Source: an uncultured archaeon (lineage in GTDB: Archaea; Aenigmatarchaeota; Aenigmatarchaeia; QMZP01; QMZT01). Taken from it: DNA of 64,000 nt. The DNA is taken from positions 3,752 through 67,751 of the forward strand of contig CAYFWU010000004.1 in the NCBI GenBank assembly GCA_964347025.1, given 5' to 3'. The translations under genes and the position numbers were made by a program. Positions within the stretch are counted from its first letter, which is position 1. Every line of letters starts with the position of its first letter. Shown here piece by piece: positions 24,882-34,145 of the stretch. Under the pieces are notes generated by a model. The model was not told where the DNA came from. It saw only the letters and a program-made list of their open reading frames with translations, and did not search any database.

Positions 24882-25217
24882 ATGAAGCCATTCTGCGAAT
24901 ACATAACATCAGAAATCCTTCCAGGCGTTCGCGCGCTCATTGCAAAGAAGATGATAGAGGATCATGGGATCACGCAGAGCAAGGCAGCAGAACTTCTGGA
25001 TACCACACAGCCCGCGATTTCTCACTACAAGAGAGATTTAAGGGGAATGAAAATCTCCCTCCTTAAGAAACACCCGGAAATCATGGAGATGGTTGACTCC
25101 ATCGCGAAAAGAATAATGAGCGGTGAGGTTTCTTCCAAAAATACAGATCAGGAATTCTGTTCAATATGCAGATACATGCAAAAACACGATCTTATCCAAA
25201 ACACAACTTCTAAATAA
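24882..25217 (+). CDS. HTH-type transcriptional regulator (small archaeal XRE/COG2522-like)
   Basis: 111 aa. GITQSKAAELLDTTQPAISHYKRDLRG is a helix-turn-helix. The C-terminal part contains a CSIC motif. Confidence 0.5.
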   Translation: MKPFCEYITSEILPGVRALIAKKMIEDHGITQSKAAELLDTTQPAISHYKRDLRGMKISLLKKHPEIMEMVDSIAKRIMSGEVSSKNTDQEFCSICRYMQKHDLIQNTTSK

Positions 25218-25269
25218 ACTTTATATGTAACCTCCCCAAAACTTTCTAATAACATTTTTTGGTGTTTAG

Positions 25270-26118
25270 ATGGCGAAAAGAAAGAGGGAAAGGGAAAAAC
25301 CAACCAAATCCAAGGTAAGGCATGTCAGGAGAAAGGAGATAGAAAAGATAGAAAGGATTGACAAGAAGAAGGAAGTGGAGATCAAGAGGGAAATGGAAAA
25401 AAAGACGAGAGGCATTCCCATAATCTATGCCGTGATAATAATCATAATCATCGCCATCATAAGCGCTGTACTGATATTCACGATACCTGAAAGATCCTTC
25501 GTGGAGAAGGGGGATACGATCCTCGTTCAATACAAAGGAGAACTTGAGGACGGAACGATATTCGATTCAGGGAACTTCACATTCAATGCAGGGATGGGAG
25601 AGGTAATAAGCGGTTTTGACGAGGCCGTCGTTGGCATGGCAGAGGGAGAGACCAAAAGGATAGAACTCACCCCTGACCAGGCCTATGGGGAACACAACCC
25701 TGACCTGATTATGTATGTTCCTCTGATCCAGAAATTCAACATAACAGTTAACACCACTGCTGAAGTATTTAACCTCACATTCGGGGAAGAACCTGTTATA
25801 GGCAAGACATACAGCGTGGAGGGAATGAACTGGGATGTAAAGGTCGTAGATATACAAAACTCGAACGTCACGCTGAGGCAGGAAGTCGAGGACGGTCAGA
25901 TGATATACATGGACTACGGAACTTCTGTTGTGAGTGTAAGTGGCAACGAAATGACCATAACCCTGACACCAAGAATAGGAGAAGTGGTGCAAACGGTATT
26001 CGGGAACGGGAGGATTACCAGCGAGAACGGGACACACATGTCACTGGATTTTAACCATGAACTTGCCGGGGAGAAACTGATATTCACCGTAACGGTTCTG
26101 AAAGTCCTTTCAACTTAA
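25270..26118 (+). CDS. membrane-anchored FKBP-type peptidyl-prolyl cis-trans isomerase (SlyD-like with insert domain)
   Basis: 282 aa. Has a basic N-terminus plus a TM segment. GDTILVQYKGELEDGTIFDS...GEVISGFDEAVVGMAEGETKRIELTPDQAYG is an FKBP core. Confidence 0.75.
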   Translation: MAKRKREREKPTKSKVRHVRRKEIEKIERIDKKKEVEIKREMEKKTRGIPIIYAVIIIIIIAIISAVLIFTIPERSFVEKGDTILVQYKGELEDGTIFDSGNFTFNAGMGEVISGFDEAVVGMAEGETKRIELTPDQAYGEHNPDLIMYVPLIQKFNITVNTTAEVFNLTFGEEPVIGKTYSVEGMNWDVKVVDIQNSNVTLRQEVEDGQMIYMDYGTSVVSVSGNEMTITLTPRIGEVVQTVFGNGRITSENGTHMSLDFNHELAGEKLIFTVTVLKVLST

Positions 26119-26984
26119 TCCGGTTCACAATGGACAATAACAGAGCGGACAGGTTCTATCTGTTTTTTTATCCTTTCCTCAACCTCTGTCGCTATCTCAT
26201 GAACCTCTGAAAGTCTCTTTTTCCTGTCAATGTTCAAATGGAGGCTGACAGAAGCGTTCGGCCCCACGTAATGTACCCGGACGTTGTGAACGTCTTTCAC
26301 CCCTCTAACGGCCTTTGCTATGTGGCTTATTTGCCTCAACATGTATTCCGACGGGACCTCACCCATGAGCGAGTGAATGTTCCTCTTTCCGACATCAAAT
26401 CCGATCTTCACAATCCATAGCGCCACAATCAGCCCTGCAATGGGATCGAGTATTCTGAAACCTAACATCGCTCCGACCACACCGACTATCACAACCAGCG
26501 ATGTGTAAAAATCCGACTTGTGGTGAGCCGCATCCGCCACCAGGGCAGTAGAATTCAACTTCTTACCTGTCTTATCGACAAAACGGAACATCCAATATTT
26601 TACCAATATAGACACCACCACAGCAACAATTGCAATCATCCCTGGAGCGTATATCTCTCCGGTTATCATCTTTTGTATGGATTCCCTGACGAATTCAAAG
26701 GCAATCAAACAAAGAACAATGGAAACAATTAAGCCTGCTATTGGTTCCGCATCCCCATGCCCGTATGGATGGTATTTATCAGGAGGTTTCTTTCCAACCT
26801 TCAATCCAATCCATATCACTATGCTGGTTAACATGTCAGATATGCTGTGAACCGAGTCAGTCACCACAGCAAAGGAATTACCCAGAATACCGGCAATTAA
26901 CTTGAATATCCCAAGCAGAAGATTCCCGAATATCCCTACGAGTACACCAACCCTCGCCTGCCTGTATCTCTCAGAAACCTTCAT
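26115..26984 (-). CDS. cation diffusion facilitator (CDF) family metal efflux transporter
   Basis: The start at the ATG at 26984 avoids overlap with rpoN. Has 6 TM segments, HSISD and HHKSD metal-site motifs, and a C-terminal cytoplasmic domain (VHNVRVHYVGP). Confidence 0.8.
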   Translation of the reverse strand: MKVSERYRQARVGVLVGIFGNLLLGIFKLIAGILGNSFAVVTDSVHSISDMLTSIVIWIGLKVGKKPPDKYHPYGHGDAEPIAGLIVSIVLCLIAFEFVRESIQKMITGEIYAPGMIAIVAVVVSILVKYWMFRFVDKTGKKLNSTALVADAAHHKSDFYTSLVVIVGVVGAMLGFRILDPIAGLIVALWIVKIGFDVGKRNIHSLMGEVPSEYMLRQISHIAKAVRGVKDVHNVRVHYVGPNASVSLHLNIDRKKRLSEVHEIATEVEERIKKQIEPVRSVIVHCEPD

Positions 26985-27012
26985 AATTAAAATTTGTTTT
27001 CTTTCGAATATA

Positions 27013-27207
27013 TTACTTCTTGAACTTTCCAACCTTCTCAACCATATCCATATGGGTCAAGAACAAAGAACGGCAACAATATCTTTCTATTCCTAGGGTG
27101 TCCAGGATCTTCTTTGGGTTCGCTCCCTTCCCTACCTGTTTCTGATACTTTTCCCAGAGATGACCCAGAGGCTTACCACAGGTCATACACCTTATGGGTA
27201 TCAACAT
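27013..27207 (-). CDS. rpoN: DNA-directed RNA polymerase subunit N (Rpb10 homolog)
   Basis: MLIPIRCMTCGKPLGHLWEKY...LGIERYCCRSLFLTH is the RpoN signature. Start at the ATG at 27207. Confidence 0.85.
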   Translation of the reverse strand: MLIPIRCMTCGKPLGHLWEKYQKQVGKGANPKKILDTLGIERYCCRSLFLTHMDMVEKVGKFKK

Positions 27208-27499
27208 TTTGCACACCTTCAAATGATTATATAATATTCTGTGTTTGTTTTTATAAACTTATCTAAAAAGAAGAATATAAAAACTTAATGACCTTTTCCC
27301 TTACATCCTCATTAATCTTTACAAGATCATCCAACCCTTTCGCCTTTTTGTTAATTTCAAGCAGATCTTCCATTCCAGCACCTCGGAATACAAAAAAATT
27401 ACTTTTATGATTTAAATAGTACTATTAAAAAATTATTTTTAAAAATTCACGAAGGGAATAGTAAAAATTTATTCAAATTTGATCCTTTCTATTAAAAAA

Positions 27500-28126
27500 T
27501 TATTTTGAAAGCCCATCCGCTATTGCGAGAGGTTCAGGGAGCTTTCTCCCTTTCAGGCAGTGCAGACAGATACCTAGCGAGCGCTGCAGGGAAACCCTGT
27601 GGCCAGGAGAAACAAACAAGGGTCTACATCCCTCCTTCGATCTGAGAGCCCATCCGACCTGCTCTCCCTCAAACATGAGCCTCTCGAAAACCCTCTCCTT
27701 ACTCGGTTCCTTGTACTCACCAACCAGTCTGTTCTGAGCAACCCCTATGCTAGGCTTCCTTATCATCACTCCCACGTGACTTGCCAAACCCACACGTAAG
27801 GGATGCGAAATCCCCTGACCGTTGAACATGATAACATCCGGTTTCTTTCGCAATCTCTCATAGACCTTGATCAAAGGAGGACCCTCTCTAAATGTCAAGA
27901 ACGTGGGTATGTAGGGTAATCCAACGTTCATTTCAATCACCTTCTTCTCGATAATTTCCAGACTCTCGTAATCCAAAACAACCCCCACTACCTTCGCCTT
28001 CGTTCGTGAGTAACCAATATCAAACCCACCAATCGTTTTGATCTTCCTTGGAAGACGATCCTCAATCACGACCTTTTTTGCGATCCTTTTCTGTTCCTTC
28101 TTCATCCCTTCGATATCGTACTTCAT
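27500..28126 (-). CDS. nfi: endonuclease V (deoxyinosine 3' endonuclease)
   Basis: 208 aa. Matches Nfi at GGFDIGY, YIPTFLTFREGPPL and PDVIMFNGQGISHPLRVGLASHVGV. Confidence 0.85.
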   Translation of the reverse strand: MKYDIEGMKKEQKRIAKKVVIEDRLPRKIKTIGGFDIGYSRTKAKVVGVVLDYESLEIIEKKVIEMNVGLPYIPTFLTFREGPPLIKVYERLRKKPDVIMFNGQGISHPLRVGLASHVGVMIRKPSIGVAQNRLVGEYKEPSKERVFERLMFEGEQVGWALRSKEGCRPLFVSPGHRVSLQRSLGICLHCLKGRKLPEPLAIADGLSK

Positions 28127-28166
28127 AAATTTATAATGTAAAACTGCATAATATTAAAAACCCCAA

Positions 28167-28241
28167 GGGGCCGTGGTGTAGTTTGGTCTAGCATTGCAGC
28201 ATGGGGCGCTGCCGACCGGGGTTCAAATCCTCGCGGCCCCA
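28167..28241 (+). tRNA. tRNA-Pro (anticodon GGG), uninterrupted
   Basis: GGGGCCG-TG-GTGT-AGTTTGGTCTA-GCAT-T-GCAGC-ATGGGGC-GCTGC-CGAC-CGGGG-TTCAAAT-CCTCG-CGGCCCC-A. A TTTATAAT box lies about 30 nt upstream and a T-run downstream. Confidence 0.9.
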
Positions 28242-28278
28242 TCACCACTTTTTTATTCAACCTTGATCAATAATTACT

Positions 28279-29298
28279 ATGAGACCTAATTTTACCGCCA
28301 GACAGAAGAAACTTAGAAAGTTAATGGAAAACAAAAGGGTGGACGCTTTACTTCTTTCGAGCCATGACGATATTTATTACTATACAGGTTACTTTGGCCT
28401 GAAAGAGGACCGGATATTCCTTGCCTTCCCCAGGAGTGACAAACCTAAACTGATCGTGACCCCCTTGGAGAACGAGGCCGAGGTGAAATACCCAAACACG
28501 GTCTTCATTGAAAGAATAAAGGACTTCATGAACGAATTGAAGGATTACAAGAGACTCGGGTATGATGAAAGACAGATGAACGTTCTACTTTTCAAGGCCC
28601 TCGAAAAAACCAAGGTAAAACTCAGACCCTTTGGGAAATCCCTGGAGATCCCCAGGATCACTAAAGATGCATACGAGATAGAACAGATCAGGAAAGCGAT
28701 AAGGATAACCAAAAAGGTCTTCGGGTCCCTCCCTCCCCTGACGGGCAAATCAGAGACAGAGATCTCGAATGAGATAGACATACAGTTCAGGAAACACGGA
28801 GTTGGCAACGCCTTCGAGAACATCGTTTCTTCAGGTCCGCAGGGAGCTTTCGTACATCACAAGCCAAACGAAAGGGTGGTGAAAAGGAACGATGTCGTCC
28901 TGATCGACATAGGCTGCAAGGTCAACAGATACTGCTCGGATATCGCCAGGATATTCTGCCAGAAATTCGGGAAGAGGGAAAAAGAAATCTACGAGGACGC
29001 GAAGGAAATACATTATGAAATAGCAGACAACATAAGGGCAGGTATGGGTTACAGGGATGTAGAGAACATAGAAAAGAAATTTTTCAAGAGAAAGGGCTAC
29101 GAACTCATTCACTACTTCGGACACGGTGTGGGCCTGTCTGTGCACGATCCAACCGGAAACATACTGAAAGAAAATATGATACTAACGGTTGAACCGGGAA
29201 TTTACATAAAAAATATAGGTGGGTTTAGGATAGAGGATATGGTACTGGTCAAAAGGGGAAAAGCCCATTTACTTTCTAAATCTATTCCGCTGCAGTAG
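28279..29298 (+). CDS. Xaa-Pro aminopeptidase / M24 family metallopeptidase
   Basis: 339 aa with a creatinase-like N-domain. Metal ligands sit in context (VLIDIGC..RYCSDIAR, HYFGHGVGLSVHD, LTVEPGIY, RIEDMV). Confidence 0.8.
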   Translation: MRPNFTARQKKLRKLMENKRVDALLLSSHDDIYYYTGYFGLKEDRIFLAFPRSDKPKLIVTPLENEAEVKYPNTVFIERIKDFMNELKDYKRLGYDERQMNVLLFKALEKTKVKLRPFGKSLEIPRITKDAYEIEQIRKAIRITKKVFGSLPPLTGKSETEISNEIDIQFRKHGVGNAFENIVSSGPQGAFVHHKPNERVVKRNDVVLIDIGCKVNRYCSDIARIFCQKFGKREKEIYEDAKEIHYEIADNIRAGMGYRDVENIEKKFFKRKGYELIHYFGHGVGLSVHDPTGNILKENMILTVEPGIYIKNIGGFRIEDMVLVKRGKAHLLSKSIPLQ

Positions 29299-29617
29299 CT
29301 GAAGCAGCTGCAACAGCTTCCGGCCTTTCCACAGGCTCTCTTGCTTCGCCTTCTTCTTCCGATACGGGAAGTGATATGTGCTTTATTATTATTATGTCTC
29401 CGATTGACTCGACCATAGGGAATGGTATAATCACCCCTTTCTTACTCCCCAGCATTTTTGAGATGTATGATTCCTTGGCAGCCTTGACAACCAGCGAACG
29501 TATTTTGAATCTCCTGAGATCGCATTCCACATCCTCTACTTTCCCACAGAACATTCCTCTACTTGTAAATACATCCTTACCATATGTTTCAGAAACACTA
29601 GCAACCTTGATAGCCAT
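29282..29617 (-). CDS. PRC-barrel domain protein
   Basis: 111 aa. YGKDVFTSRGMFCGKVEDVECDLRRFKIRSLVV resembles the PRC-barrel fold family. Has an acidic/Ala-rich tail. Confidence 0.5.
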   Translation of the reverse strand: MAIKVASVSETYGKDVFTSRGMFCGKVEDVECDLRRFKIRSLVVKAAKESYISKMLGSKKGVIIPFPMVESIGDIIIIKHISLPVSEEEGEAREPVERPEAVAAASATAAE

Positions 29618-29706
29618 TTACCCACCTCAGTATTAATTTAATTAATTGATATATAAAACTAATATTTATAAAGATTATGTAAAATAAAACGCTGAGTAAG
29701 GTTCTT

Positions 29707-29819
29707 GCTGGGGTGGCCGAGTGGTTAAGGCGCAGTAGCCTTTTGAGAAATCAATGGTTGCGCAAGGTTGCTAACCCTGTGGGCTTCGGCCCGCGCAGGT
29801 TCGAATCCTGTCCCCAGCG
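29707..29819 (+). tRNA. tRNA-Ser (anticodon GCU) with a 30-nt insertion in the 5' strand of the anticodon stem
   Basis: GCTGGGG-TG-GCCG-AGTGGTTAA-GGC-G-CAG[TAGCCTTTTGAGAAATCAATGGTTGCGCAA]GG-TTGCTAA-CCCTG-TGGGCTTCGGCCCGC-GCAGG-TTCGAAT-CCTGT-CCCCAGC-G. Class II variable arm. Confidence 0.7.
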
Positions 29820-29885
29820 CTCACATTTCTATCTAGAAATATATCTAAACACACCCACTTCAAGAAAAAATAAACTTCCAATTTG

Positions 29886-30161
29886 CTATTTTCTGAATGC
29901 CCTGAATGCATCCGCTACTCTTCTTTCTTCTCTGTCCAATGCTTCCAAAACCCTGTCTCTGATATCTCTGCTCCTAATCTCATCCCTGTCTCTGAAATTG
30001 TTTTCAACATCCCTTGCAACCCTGTCTGCCATTTTCCTCGCTCTGTCTTTATCGACATCGACTCTTTCCGCCGCTCTTTCAATTCCTCTTCTGATTTTGT
30101 CGGCTTTGAAATCCTCTTTTCTATCGTCCTTTTTCACAACCTTCGTAATAAACACCCCCAT
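29886..30161 (-). CDS. stand-alone ATP-cone domain protein
   Basis: 91 aa. VVKKDDRKEDFKADKIRRGIERA...DIRDRVLEAL matches the ATP-cone pattern found at the N-termini of RNRs and NrdR. Confidence 0.5.
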   Translation of the reverse strand: MGVFITKVVKKDDRKEDFKADKIRRGIERAAERVDVDKDRARKMADRVARDVENNFRDRDEIRSRDIRDRVLEALDREERRVADAFRAFRK

Positions 30162-30255
30162 TTTAAGTAATTGAAGATTGAATCAAGGGCATATAAAATT
30201 ATGTTTAAACCCCGCTGCAAAATTCTTTTATAAAACCCGGTCCAAAATTATACAT

Positions 30256-30702
30256 ATGTCTTATTCGAAAACTGACGGGGTGATCCTGTTAACGTTTATT
30301 ATTGGTATAATAAGCATAGTCTATTTCATAACAACCCTTTCTCTGATAGGATCGGATCCCATGCTTGTCGGTATCCCGGAATCCTATCTCTCTTGGATGG
30401 TATTCGAGAGGCTAGTTATAATAGGCATAATCATAATAGTTCTCATACTCATAACCTATATTCTGCTCAGGCAGAAGAACTTCGAAGAACTGGAAAGATC
30501 AAGACCCGAGGAGAAAGCGAAGAGGGCGAGAAGCGAGAAGGAAATACGAGAGGATATGCAAAGATATTACAGGGATCTCGGAGCCCTGAAGATCGTTTTC
30601 AAGGACGGGGCGCTGGATGCAAAGACCTACAATGAGAGAAAGAAATATCTTGATGATATGATAAAGAAACGAAAAAAGCAGCTGGAAAATCTTAAGAAGT
30701 AA
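30256..30702 (+). CDS. hypothetical membrane protein with SHOCT-like C-terminal region
   Basis: Start at the ATG at 30256. Has two TM segments, then a charged region including LGALKIVFKDGALDAKTYNERKKYLDDMI. Confidence 0.35.
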   Translation: MSYSKTDGVILLTFIIGIISIVYFITTLSLIGSDPMLVGIPESYLSWMVFERLVIIGIIIIVLILITYILLRQKNFEELERSRPEEKAKRARSEKEIREDMQRYYRDLGALKIVFKDGALDAKTYNERKKYLDDMIKKRKKQLENLKK

Positions 30703-30704
30703 TC

Positions 30705-32012
30705 CTATCTTTTTCTTCCAACAAACATTTTAACATTCATGTAAACCAGGACCATCATTATTACCACGATCGCAACGAGGATCGCGAAAAGAACGAAGAC
30801 AGCCATTCTGGTTATATACGAAACGTACATCCCCTTACACTCGTTGTCCCAGCATCCGTATTTGCACGTTTCGATGTCTTTCCAAGCAGTCCCGTCCATC
30901 TTACATCTCTGCAATACGTTCCCTGAACATCTCCTTTCACCCGGACTGCAGAAAGGAGGAACCTCTGTTATACACCCCCCTTCGTAACATCCGTGATCAC
31001 ATTTACCAAGAGTATCCCAAGATCCCTGGGAGGAACATTCCTGGAGGTAGTCTCCGTAACACCTCTTTTCTCCGGGTCTGCATAAGGTTATTCCCCTCCC
31101 TGTGATGGAAAAGACAGACAAGTCCGGGATCTCCGCTCCGTAGTAAGCGTAATCCGAATCCTCATCTATCAGTCCTGTGGTGAAGCTCTCCCACCCCAGG
31201 TCATCAGAATATCTGTTGAGAGTCACGGAGTATTTATCAATGCTGTTGCTCGATAACCATTCATTTTCAACCCTGAACATTATCACCACATTCCGGACTT
31301 TCCCTTCAAGATTGTCATGTTTTATTTCTATGTACTGGTAGGTTCTTCCTGCAGGTTCTTTGCTAACGAAGCTAGGTTTGTCATGAAACCTGTTCACCTC
31401 GACCTTGACATCATTCGATTCTTTCTCAACCTCTATAGTGATCTCTGTGAAAGCGAACATCTCGCTCTCTATCTCGATCGTAACAGAAGCACCGGGAAGA
31501 ATTTTATTCCATGTCTTGGTTATGTTCAGTACAGGCGGTCTGGAAGGGCCTGCACCACCTCCGTCAGGAGGAGGCTGGGAAGGTTGGGAATAAACGGTGA
31601 AGGATGTTGTAATGAAGGTAAAATTGCTCTGGTTGAACTCATTGCTTGTCATGTTGATTGTAACGTTCGCCAGAAAATCTCCGGTGTCCGTTGGTGTCCA
31701 GTTGAAGGTAAAATTATTGAACTGCTGCGCAGATACGCTGTCATTGAAAACTTTCTGGTTATGGATAACGGACCCGTCCTTCTTTATGCTAAGGTTCCCG
31801 CTGACATTCAGATCCACTGTCCCGTTGTTGTTGAATTCAAGGATAAAATCAACTGTATTGGGATATGTAACATCCGTGGCTGTTAAACCCACAACATTCC
31901 AGCTCATCACTTTACTCACATCCACGATCGTGGTTACCGCATATGCGGGCGTGGACAAAACAAACTGAACCGAGAAAAGAATAACCAGTGTAAGAAAAAA
32001 CTTTCTCTTCAT
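30705..32012 (-). CDS. secreted surface protein: PGF-pre-PGF-like domain + two Cys-rich ~40-aa modules + C-terminal TM anchor
   Basis: 435 aa with a signal peptide and many NxS/T sites. The middle region resembles the archaeal PGF-pre-PGF domain. Carries two modules, CRPGEKRCYGDYLQEC...CDHGCYEGGC and CSPGERRCSGNVLQRC...CKYGCWDNEC, and a hydrophobic C-terminus. Confidence 0.5.
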   Translation of the reverse strand: MKRKFFLTLVILFSVQFVLSTPAYAVTTIVDVSKVMSWNVVGLTATDVTYPNTVDFILEFNNNGTVDLNVSGNLSIKKDGSVIHNQKVFNDSVSAQQFNNFTFNWTPTDTGDFLANVTINMTSNEFNQSNFTFITTSFTVYSQPSQPPPDGGGAGPSRPPVLNITKTWNKILPGASVTIEIESEMFAFTEITIEVEKESNDVKVEVNRFHDKPSFVSKEPAGRTYQYIEIKHDNLEGKVRNVVIMFRVENEWLSSNSIDKYSVTLNRYSDDLGWESFTTGLIDEDSDYAYYGAEIPDLSVFSITGRGITLCRPGEKRCYGDYLQECSSQGSWDTLGKCDHGCYEGGCITEVPPFCSPGERRCSGNVLQRCKMDGTAWKDIETCKYGCWDNECKGMYVSYITRMAVFVLFAILVAIVVIMMVLVYMNVKMFVGRKR

Positions 32013-33211
32013 CTGGAACCCCTTTTGAGTCTCCTTTTTAGCAGGATCACTATTATCAAAACCACCACTATCGCTGAAACCAAAAGAGCAATATTATTCA
32101 TATCTTGCGGGGGGAGGATCGCCTCTTTGGGGGTGACATTAATTACGGATTCTTTTGTTCCCGTGGTTTTCCCTTCATACACAACGTAACCTTTCACCAC
32201 GTAACGCCCCTGGGTTTCCGGATTGAAGTAAGAGGACATCACGACGGTTTTGCCCACAGGGACTTCGAGCTCATCGCTCTCGATGACCTCAACTAGTCTG
32301 TTACCAAGATAAACCTCTCCCTTAAACTTCCCGCTCACCACAACTTCTCCTGTATTCTCAAAGTACGCATCTATCTTCACGACATCCCCTTCCCTTACCC
32401 ACGGCTCATTCCATACACTTTGCAGAACACCCATCTTGCTCAGGGTCCCCTTCTCAAACACATGGAAAGAAAGGGTCTGTTCATACAGTTTCTCATCATC
32501 AAGAAAAACCTTAACATCCCCCGCGTACTCCCCTATATCCAGGTCATCCGTATCCATCTTTATCCTTATTATCTTCATCTTGGTGGGAAGTATGTCGGTC
32601 TGGCTGTGGCTTGTTGATTTCAAAACATTGGTTTCTCCCTTCCCGGTTATCTCTATCTGTATCAGCGGCGTTATTATAACATTGCCGTCATTGAGTATCG
32701 AAACCGAGAATTCAACAGGATAATCCTCCTCGGTATCTTTAACCTTCACGTTCTCCACCCTGGCCCTCTTTATTTCCTCACCCGTGATTTCCACGGATAT
32801 TCCCGAGGCCGCTCCTGTGGTCACACCTACACCTATTCCCCCCTCCGGCTCCGAGGGCTCTGTGCTTACCACGATGCTCCCGCCGTAAACCCCGTTGGCT
32901 ACGTTTCCAGGGGGCTTAACAATGACTGTTATTCTTTTCATGCTGTTTTTGCTGACCTCCAAATCTTCGGAAGGATCGAACTCTATCCAGTCCTTTATAG
33001 AACCGCTCGCTGCAACAGTGAACTTAACCGGGGTTTCACTTGACGTGCTAACAGCGATAGTTTTTTCTGCATACCCGTTCTTGAGAACGTTGCTGAAATA
33101 CAGGTCGGCAGGACTTATGCCTATGCTCACAGCGTAAACAGAATTTGATGATAAACCCAGAAATAACAAAAACAAAACCATGCAGACCATGAATTTAACA
33201 TCAATTTTCAT
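32009..33211 (-). CDS. secreted Ig-like-repeat surface protein with C-terminal TM anchor (COG1470-like, tentative)
   Basis: 400 aa with a signal peptide (..SSNSVYA-VS), beta-rich repeats and a C-terminal TM segment plus basic tail. There is a 4-nt overlap with the downstream gene. Confidence 0.4.
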   Translation of the reverse strand: MKIDVKFMVCMVLFLLFLGLSSNSVYAVSIGISPADLYFSNVLKNGYAEKTIAVSTSSETPVKFTVAASGSIKDWIEFDPSEDLEVSKNSMKRITVIVKPPGNVANGVYGGSIVVSTEPSEPEGGIGVGVTTGAASGISVEITGEEIKRARVENVKVKDTEEDYPVEFSVSILNDGNVIITPLIQIEITGKGETNVLKSTSHSQTDILPTKMKIIRIKMDTDDLDIGEYAGDVKVFLDDEKLYEQTLSFHVFEKGTLSKMGVLQSVWNEPWVREGDVVKIDAYFENTGEVVVSGKFKGEVYLGNRLVEVIESDELEVPVGKTVVMSSYFNPETQGRYVVKGYVVYEGKTTGTKESVINVTPKEAILPPQDMNNIALLVSAIVVVLIIVILLKRRLKRGSR

Positions 33212-33224
33212 ATATCCCCCTCCA

Positions 33225-34058
33225 TTAGCTATCCGTCACAGCAGTGAAAGTTACGGTTCCCGTGTAAATCAGGTTCTCAATAACCGAAGGTATGCTTATC
33301 TTCCAGTAGGTTTTGTTCGTCATTGCCCCGTTCGTTCTCTTCCCCAGGTTGAAATCCGCGCGCGTCGAGGTCGCTGACAGCGAGGTCATACCAGTCGCGT
33401 AATCCTGACTGTAATTCGTCACGTTATACTTTATGCTTCCAACTGTTATATTAGTTACAGTGGCCGAGGTATTCGTCAAATCAGTTCCGCTCAGGTTGAG
33501 ATCAATCGCCACATTCCCGCAGTTCGTTACTGTATTGTTTACGTCATCCGGGCTTGTCACTCCTGGATCAAGGCTGCCGAAATTCATCGTATCCTCTGCG
33601 TCCAGCGCGATGAGCGTGTTCACGGTTAAATTAGTCGAATTGCTTCCGACATTCGAGGACGAATCGTTCACTCGTATCTTACACGTCCAGTTCGCCGGGT
33701 TCGCGTAATATTGAAGAGTGAACGAACAGTTTACAAAAACATCCGTAGCCGAAATGTTTTCCCCAAGTGCACAACTCAGGTTCGTGTAGTGATTCGAGTT
33801 GTCATCCGAATCCCCCTCGTTCACCGCTGCCTCATCCCACAGGGTCGCGTTAACTGTATCCACCTCATTGTACCATCCATCGTCATCAGTTATTGTGGCA
33901 TTACACCATATCACAACAGTGGAGCACGCGTTCAAGTCAACCGGGTCAGTCAAAGTCATATTCGAAACACTCGGAACTGCCGGCCCTGCCAACACAACTA
34001 TTCCTGCAAGTAAAAACGCCATGCAAACCCCCACTATTGAAACAATTAAAAACCTCAT
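33225..34058 (-). CDS. secreted sequon-rich surface protein, tandem paralog A
   Basis: Start at the ATG at 34058 (MRFLIVSIVG...). Shares blocks with paralog B: WDEAAVNEGDSDDNSNHYTN, LQYYANPANWTCK, DDVNNTVTNCGNV, KTYWKISIP..IENLIYTGTVTFTAVTDS. Confidence 0.5.
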   Translation of the reverse strand: MRFLIVSIVGVCMAFLLAGIVVLAGPAVPSVSNMTLTDPVDLNACSTVVIWCNATITDDDGWYNEVDTVNATLWDEAAVNEGDSDDNSNHYTNLSCALGENISATDVFVNCSFTLQYYANPANWTCKIRVNDSSSNVGSNSTNLTVNTLIALDAEDTMNFGSLDPGVTSPDDVNNTVTNCGNVAIDLNLSGTDLTNTSATVTNITVGSIKYNVTNYSQDYATGMTSLSATSTRADFNLGKRTNGAMTNKTYWKISIPSVIENLIYTGTVTFTAVTDS

Positions 34059-34145
34059 TCCACCCCGCCCAAGCACTTGATAGAGTAATATAAAATAAAG
34101 GGAAATAAAAAAGATACCTTCCGCTCCTTAATGTCAATCTCTTGC

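Noticed and set aside
27270-27375. About 36-codon minus-strand ORF (MEDLLEINKKAKGLDDLVKINEDVREKVIKF...) between rpoN and nfi
   Set aside because: It has no recognisable family and an uncertain stop and start context, and it lies in AT-rich spacer DNA. Support is insufficient.
29713-30174. 153-aa plus-strand ORF (and 29883-30170)
   Set aside because: It starts inside the tRNA-Ser gene and runs antisense to the ATP-cone ORF. The Leu/Ser-repeat translation is a shadow of the Arg/Asp/Glu-rich true frame.
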